Below are positions 5,270 through 8,035 of a DNA stretch of 8,035 nt, piece after piece. Each line of letters opens with the position of its first letter. The stretch's first letter is position 1. The notes under the pieces are model-generated. The model was not told where the DNA came from, did no database searches, and saw only the letters and a list, made by a program, of their open reading frames with translations. This DNA comes from Fonticula alba ATCC 38817. Taxonomy: Eukaryota; Protista; Nucleariida. The stretch is from the NCBI GenBank assembly GCA_000388065.2, contig KB932203.1, one strand, 5' to 3'. A program made the translations under genes and the position numbers.

Positions 5270-7532
5270 CTGCGGGGAGGGAGGGAGGGAGGGAGGGAGG
5301 GAGGGGGGGGGGCACAAGAAAGCAGGAGGGGACGACCGTCAGCGACCATGGAAAAGGGGGGGAATCAAAGGGCAAAGGGAGGCACAGGTGGGCGGTGGCG
5401 GCGGGCCACATGGCGGCGGCTGAGCGCACCGGATCAGCTCGTAGCTGTTGCTGTTGATGTTCTCAATGTTGTTGGACCAGAAGGTCTCGGAGGTGTGGGC
5501 CGGGGACCAGTCAAGACGAGTGGAGCGGATCTCGGCGGCGAACTCCTCGAAGGAGCTGGCAATCGGGGGGGGGGGGGGGGGGAGGCCAGAGTCAGATGCA
5601 TGTATGGGTGCATCGAGCGAGCATGTGGCGCCCTGGCAGACCCTCGCGAGTGTGGAGAAGGGAAGAGGGGATGAGAGAGAAGGAGGGGGGAGGGAGACCG
5701 CGCACCTGAGAACGTAGTCGTTCTTCTTGAGCTCCTCGGTGATGAACTGCAGGTCGGCGACCACATCCTCATCGGTAAAGGTGCGGGTGGACAGGGAGTT
5801 GCAGACGGTGAGCAGCTTGTTGTCCATCATCGGGCCGATGTTCTCCTCGGGGGCCTTCTCGATGAGGTTCTGAACGGGGGGGAGGGGGGGGGGGAACGGA
5901 GAGGACGGAGGGGATGAGCAACATACGTGTGTGTGTGTGTGCGTGTGAGTGAATGACGCCGCGAGTGAACAAGAGACAGATGCGCAAGTGCGCGGACGCG
6001 CGACAAGGAGCCCCCCTGGGAGAGAGAGAGAGAGAGAGAGGGACACGTACACGGAAGGTAGCCAGGATGACACGAATGTGGCCCTCCTTGACGGTGGACT
6101 TGATGAGGTTGGTCAGGATCGGGACGATGCCGAGCTCCTTGATCTTCTGGGCAATGCTCTGGTTGAAGCACAGCAGCCACAGGCAGAAGATAATGTAGTA
6201 CTGGGTCTGGGCCGAGAGAGAAAGATCGAAGAACTTGACCAGGCTGGGAGCCGGGCATCAGGGCGAGGCGAGGCGAGGGAGGGGGACATGGAGGAGGCAT
6301 GTCAGCAAGGCCTCCGCGCGACGGCAGACAGAGAGGAAGGGCGCATGGCCGATGGCCAGGAAAGGACCACGCACCTGTCGGCACCCTTGTACTCGTAGAA
6401 GTCCACGCGGAAGGCGTCGTTCAGCAGGAGCAGAGTGATCGACTGGAGGACGATCTCCAGGCGCAGATCCGGGGCGATCATCGACGAGCCGTCGCGGTGG
6501 CCCGAGGCATCGGGGTTCAGCAGCGACAGGAGGATGTTCAGGAAGCGCGAGTAGTCCTCCGAGGACATGGGGACCTGCGAGGTGACCAGGGTGGCGATCA
6601 GGCGCGAGGCCTTCTGCATGATCTGGTCGTTGGGCTGCTCGAAGCTGCGGGGCAAGCAGGCCGGCCGGCCGGCCAGGAAGGGGGCGGGGGGGGGGGGGGG
6701 GCGATGCGGGCGGGTGTATCCGGCGCACTTGTGGAGCAGGGCACCGAAGGGGAGGTTGGCGTTCTCCTGCTGGAGCTTGATGAAGTAGCCGGCGGTGTTG
6801 GGCATGCCTGCGCGCGTGGGGATGCGCCGAAGTGGAGGAGGGGGCGGGGGGAGGAGCCGGAAGAGCGTCAGACCAGGAGGAGGGGAGCCAGGGAGACGGA
6901 AAGAGCGAGAAAGAGGGGGAGGGGGGCAGAGGGGAAACGAGCGGCGAGACAGGCGCAAGCACAGCATGCGGAGAGGAGGCCACGCACGCTCAACGATGTC
7001 CTCAATCAGGAGAAGAGTGTACAGGATGGCCTCATAGTACTGGACGCCCTTGGTGGTGAAGCCAAGGAGGGCGGTCAGCAGAGGGGTGGAGTACTGCCGG
7101 CCGGGGGGAGGAGCGGGATGGGGAGGTTAGAGCACGATGGCGACCCGGGGGGAGCATCCTGTGCAACGCGCGTGTGCGCACCTCCTCCAGGAACTTGGCG
7201 CGCTGGGCCGGGTTCAGCTGGTCATACTTCTTGATGATGGTGGTGTCGACATCCGGGAAGACCTGGGCACAGGGAGGAACACGCGGAAGGGCGAGGGCGA
7301 AGGCGAGGGTGATGGGGGGAGGGGGCTGGTGTCAGTTGGATGGGAGCGGGTGCGGCGGGGAGGGGAGCAGCACGGCGGATCCGTCGAGGCCTGTGTAGGT
7401 GGGACTCGTGGCAGCAGGGTGGAAACGGCGGGGAGGAGGGGCACATACATCCCAGTCGATGGCCTTGGTGCGGTACTGCTCGGCCTGGATGTCCAGCGAG
7501 GTGCGGTTGATGTAGAAGCCGTTGAAAGACAT
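4993..7532 (-). CDS. ATP6V1H: V-type proton ATPase V1 subunit H, complete, 9 exons, 459 aa
   Basis: Hand-spliced join, minus strand: 7449-7532, 7182-7262, 6988-7093, 6729-6807, 6375-6644, 6051-6243, 5706-5869, 5430-5555, 4993-5269 = 1380 nt, ATG to TGA. All 8 introns are GT..AG and phase-consistent. The translation contains subunit-H hallmarks, compared from memory with human ATP6V1H: AEQYRTKAIDWD (AAEVRANKVNWQ), QTQYYIIFCLWLLCFN (QLQYQMIFSIWLLAFS), DEDVVADLQFI (DEDISEDIKFL), SSFEEFAAEIRSTRLDWSPAHTSETFWSNN ([30 protein letters not shown]), YPRGK, VKYEALLALQKFMVSNW (VRYNALLAVQKLMVHNW). Confidence 0.96.
5430..5555 (-). CDS. ATP6V1H: V-ATPase H exon 8 (SSFEEFAAEIRSTRLDWSPAHTSETFWSNNIENINSNSYELI)
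   Basis: attgccag acceptor at 5556; GTGCGC donor at 5429; phase 2/2; start of the conserved C-terminal domain. Confidence 0.94.
5706..5869 (-). CDS. ATP6V1H: V-ATPase H exon 7 (NLIEKAPEENIGPMMDNKLL...EELKKNDYVL)
   Basis: gttcag acceptor at 5870; GTGCGC donor at 5705; phase 0/2. Confidence 0.93.
6021..6040. repeat. (AG)10 microsatellite in V-ATPase H intron 6; (GT)7 at 5927-5940 in the same intron
   Basis: Seen directly. Confidence 0.9.
6051..6243 (-). CDS. ATP6V1H: V-ATPase H exon 6 (SLVKFFDLSLSAQTQYYIIFCLWLLCFN...KEGHIRVILATFR)
   Basis: ctcccag acceptor at 6244; GTACGT donor at 6050; phase 2/0. Not shown in the ORF track because it has no start codon in frame. Confidence 0.93.
6375..6644 (-). 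CDS. ATP6V1H: V-ATPase H exon 5 (NFEQPNDQIMQKASRLIATLV...NDAFRVDFYEYKGAD)
   Basis: ccgcag acceptor at 6645; GTGCGT donor at 6374; 270 nt, phase 2/2. Confidence 0.92.
6729..6807 (-). CDS. ATP6V1H: V-ATPase H exon 4 (RMPNTAGYFIKLQQENANLPFGALLH)
   Basis: gcgcag acceptor at 6808; GTGCGC donor at 6728; phase 1/2. Confidence 0.88.
6988..7093 (-). CDS. ATP6V1H: V-ATPase H exon 3 (YSTPLLTALLGFTTKGVQYYEAILYTLLLIEDIVE)
   Basis: CTCTAAC branch-like motif and ggcag acceptor at 7094; GTGCGT donor at 6987; phase 0/1. Confidence 0.9.
7182..7262 (-). CDS. ATP6V1H: V-ATPase H exon 2 (VFPDVDTTIIKKYDQLNPAQRAKFLEE)
   Basis: cccag acceptor at 7263; GTGCGC donor at 7181; 81 nt, phase 0/0. Confidence 0.9.
7449..7532 (-). 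CDS. ATP6V1H: V-ATPase H exon 1 (MSFNGFYINRTSLDIQAEQYRTKAIDWD)
   Basis: ATG at 7532-7530; GTATGT donor at 7448, phase 0. A further upstream exon via the TAG at 7540-7538 cannot be excluded. Confidence 0.85.
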
Positions 7533-7684
7533 TCTCTCTATCCGCCGGCGAGGGAAGGGGGGAAGAAGAGGGAGGAGGAAGGGGGGGGGGAGGGGAAAGG
7601 GGGGGCAGGGACAGCAAAGAGCAAGCGCGCGGCGGGGGTGGGGGTGGGGGGGTTTGGGGTTGTTGTGGGGTGAGGGGGGCTCAT

Positions 7685-7720
7685 TTTGTGGCTTGTTCGT
7701 TGTGTTTTCCTTTATTTTGG
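7685..7720 (-). promoter_or_regulatory. A-rich patch containing AATAAA (7716-7711): poly(A) signal of an upstream gene, or promoter/TSS element of V-ATPase H
   Basis: AT-rich island (aaaataaaggaaaacacaacgaacaagccacaaa) in otherwise very GC-rich DNA, about 150-190 nt upstream of the ATG. The role is inferred. Confidence 0.4.
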
Positions 7721-8035
7721 GGGTGGAAATTCTGGGGAGTGCGCATTGTGCACGCCTCCCCGGGGGAGCGCGCCGTGCAGCTGTGCGCCCTGGCCAGGGG
7801 AACCGGGCGAGAGAGGGTGCGGGGGGGGGGCGGTGGGCGCATCTTGCCATGGCTGGGGCCGCAGCTGGCCTGGGCCACCGCGCGCGCGCACGCACACACA
7901 CATACAATACGCACATGTACGGCATGTGCGCGGGGCCCGGGCCCCTCGGCGGTCGCGGGGGGGGGGGGCCAGGGCCCCCCCAGGGTTGTTTTTTGTTTTT
8001 GCCCCCCCCCCCCCCCTGGGTCTGCCGCACTCCGC

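Noticed and set aside
6460-6530. Extra loop NPDASGHRDGSSMIAPD in subunit H
   Set aside because: It falls at about the known variable loop where human isoforms differ by an 18-aa insert, so it is expected variation.
5949-7234. + strand ORFs 5949..6398 and 6299..7234 with protein-like composition
   Set aside because: They are antisense in-register shadows of V-ATPase H exons 3-6.
68-7532. Adjacency of two endomembrane genes (V-ATPase H and ZW10) as a functional cluster
   Set aside because: Two housekeeping neighbours are not evidence of an operon or system, and no synteny data are available.
1-8035. CRISPR arrays, transposon termini, tRNA/rRNA, spliceosomal snRNA motifs
   Set aside because: I saw no spaced direct repeats, TIR/TSD pairs, transposase or RT motifs, cloverleafs, or U1/U2/U5/U6 signature sequences.

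Overview
This is GC-rich, intron-dense eukaryotic genomic DNA, not prokaryotic, so most ORFs in the six-frame track are shadow ORFs or exon/intron chimeras. Two genes lie in tandem on the minus strand. (1) A complete 9-exon V-type H+-ATPase V1 subunit H gene (VMA13/ATP6V1H), 7532->4993. Its hand-spliced CDS is 1380 nt (459 aa) and every intron phase is consistent. (2) A divergent ZW10 (kinetochore RZZ / Dsl1-NRZ tethering subunit) homolog, running from about 3826 off the left edge. It has at least 6 exons, is interrupted by a 264-N assembly gap, and carries Ala/Gly/Pro-rich insertions. Introns are 84-294 nt, have GT(G/A)(C/T)G(T/C) donors and are C-rich on the sense strand. This style resembles protists such as Paratrimastix (Preaxostyla), which is an unverified inference. 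Points worth a second look: a 16-nt piece of the V-ATPase gene duplicated at the gap edge (probably a mis-assembly); an unexplained ~350 bp island between the genes with an orphan exon-like ORF, a three-way-junction fold and an E-box/CRE cluster; donor sites that never have A at +4; and substitutions in two conserved subunit-H motifs. I cannot support a new multi-gene system from this window.
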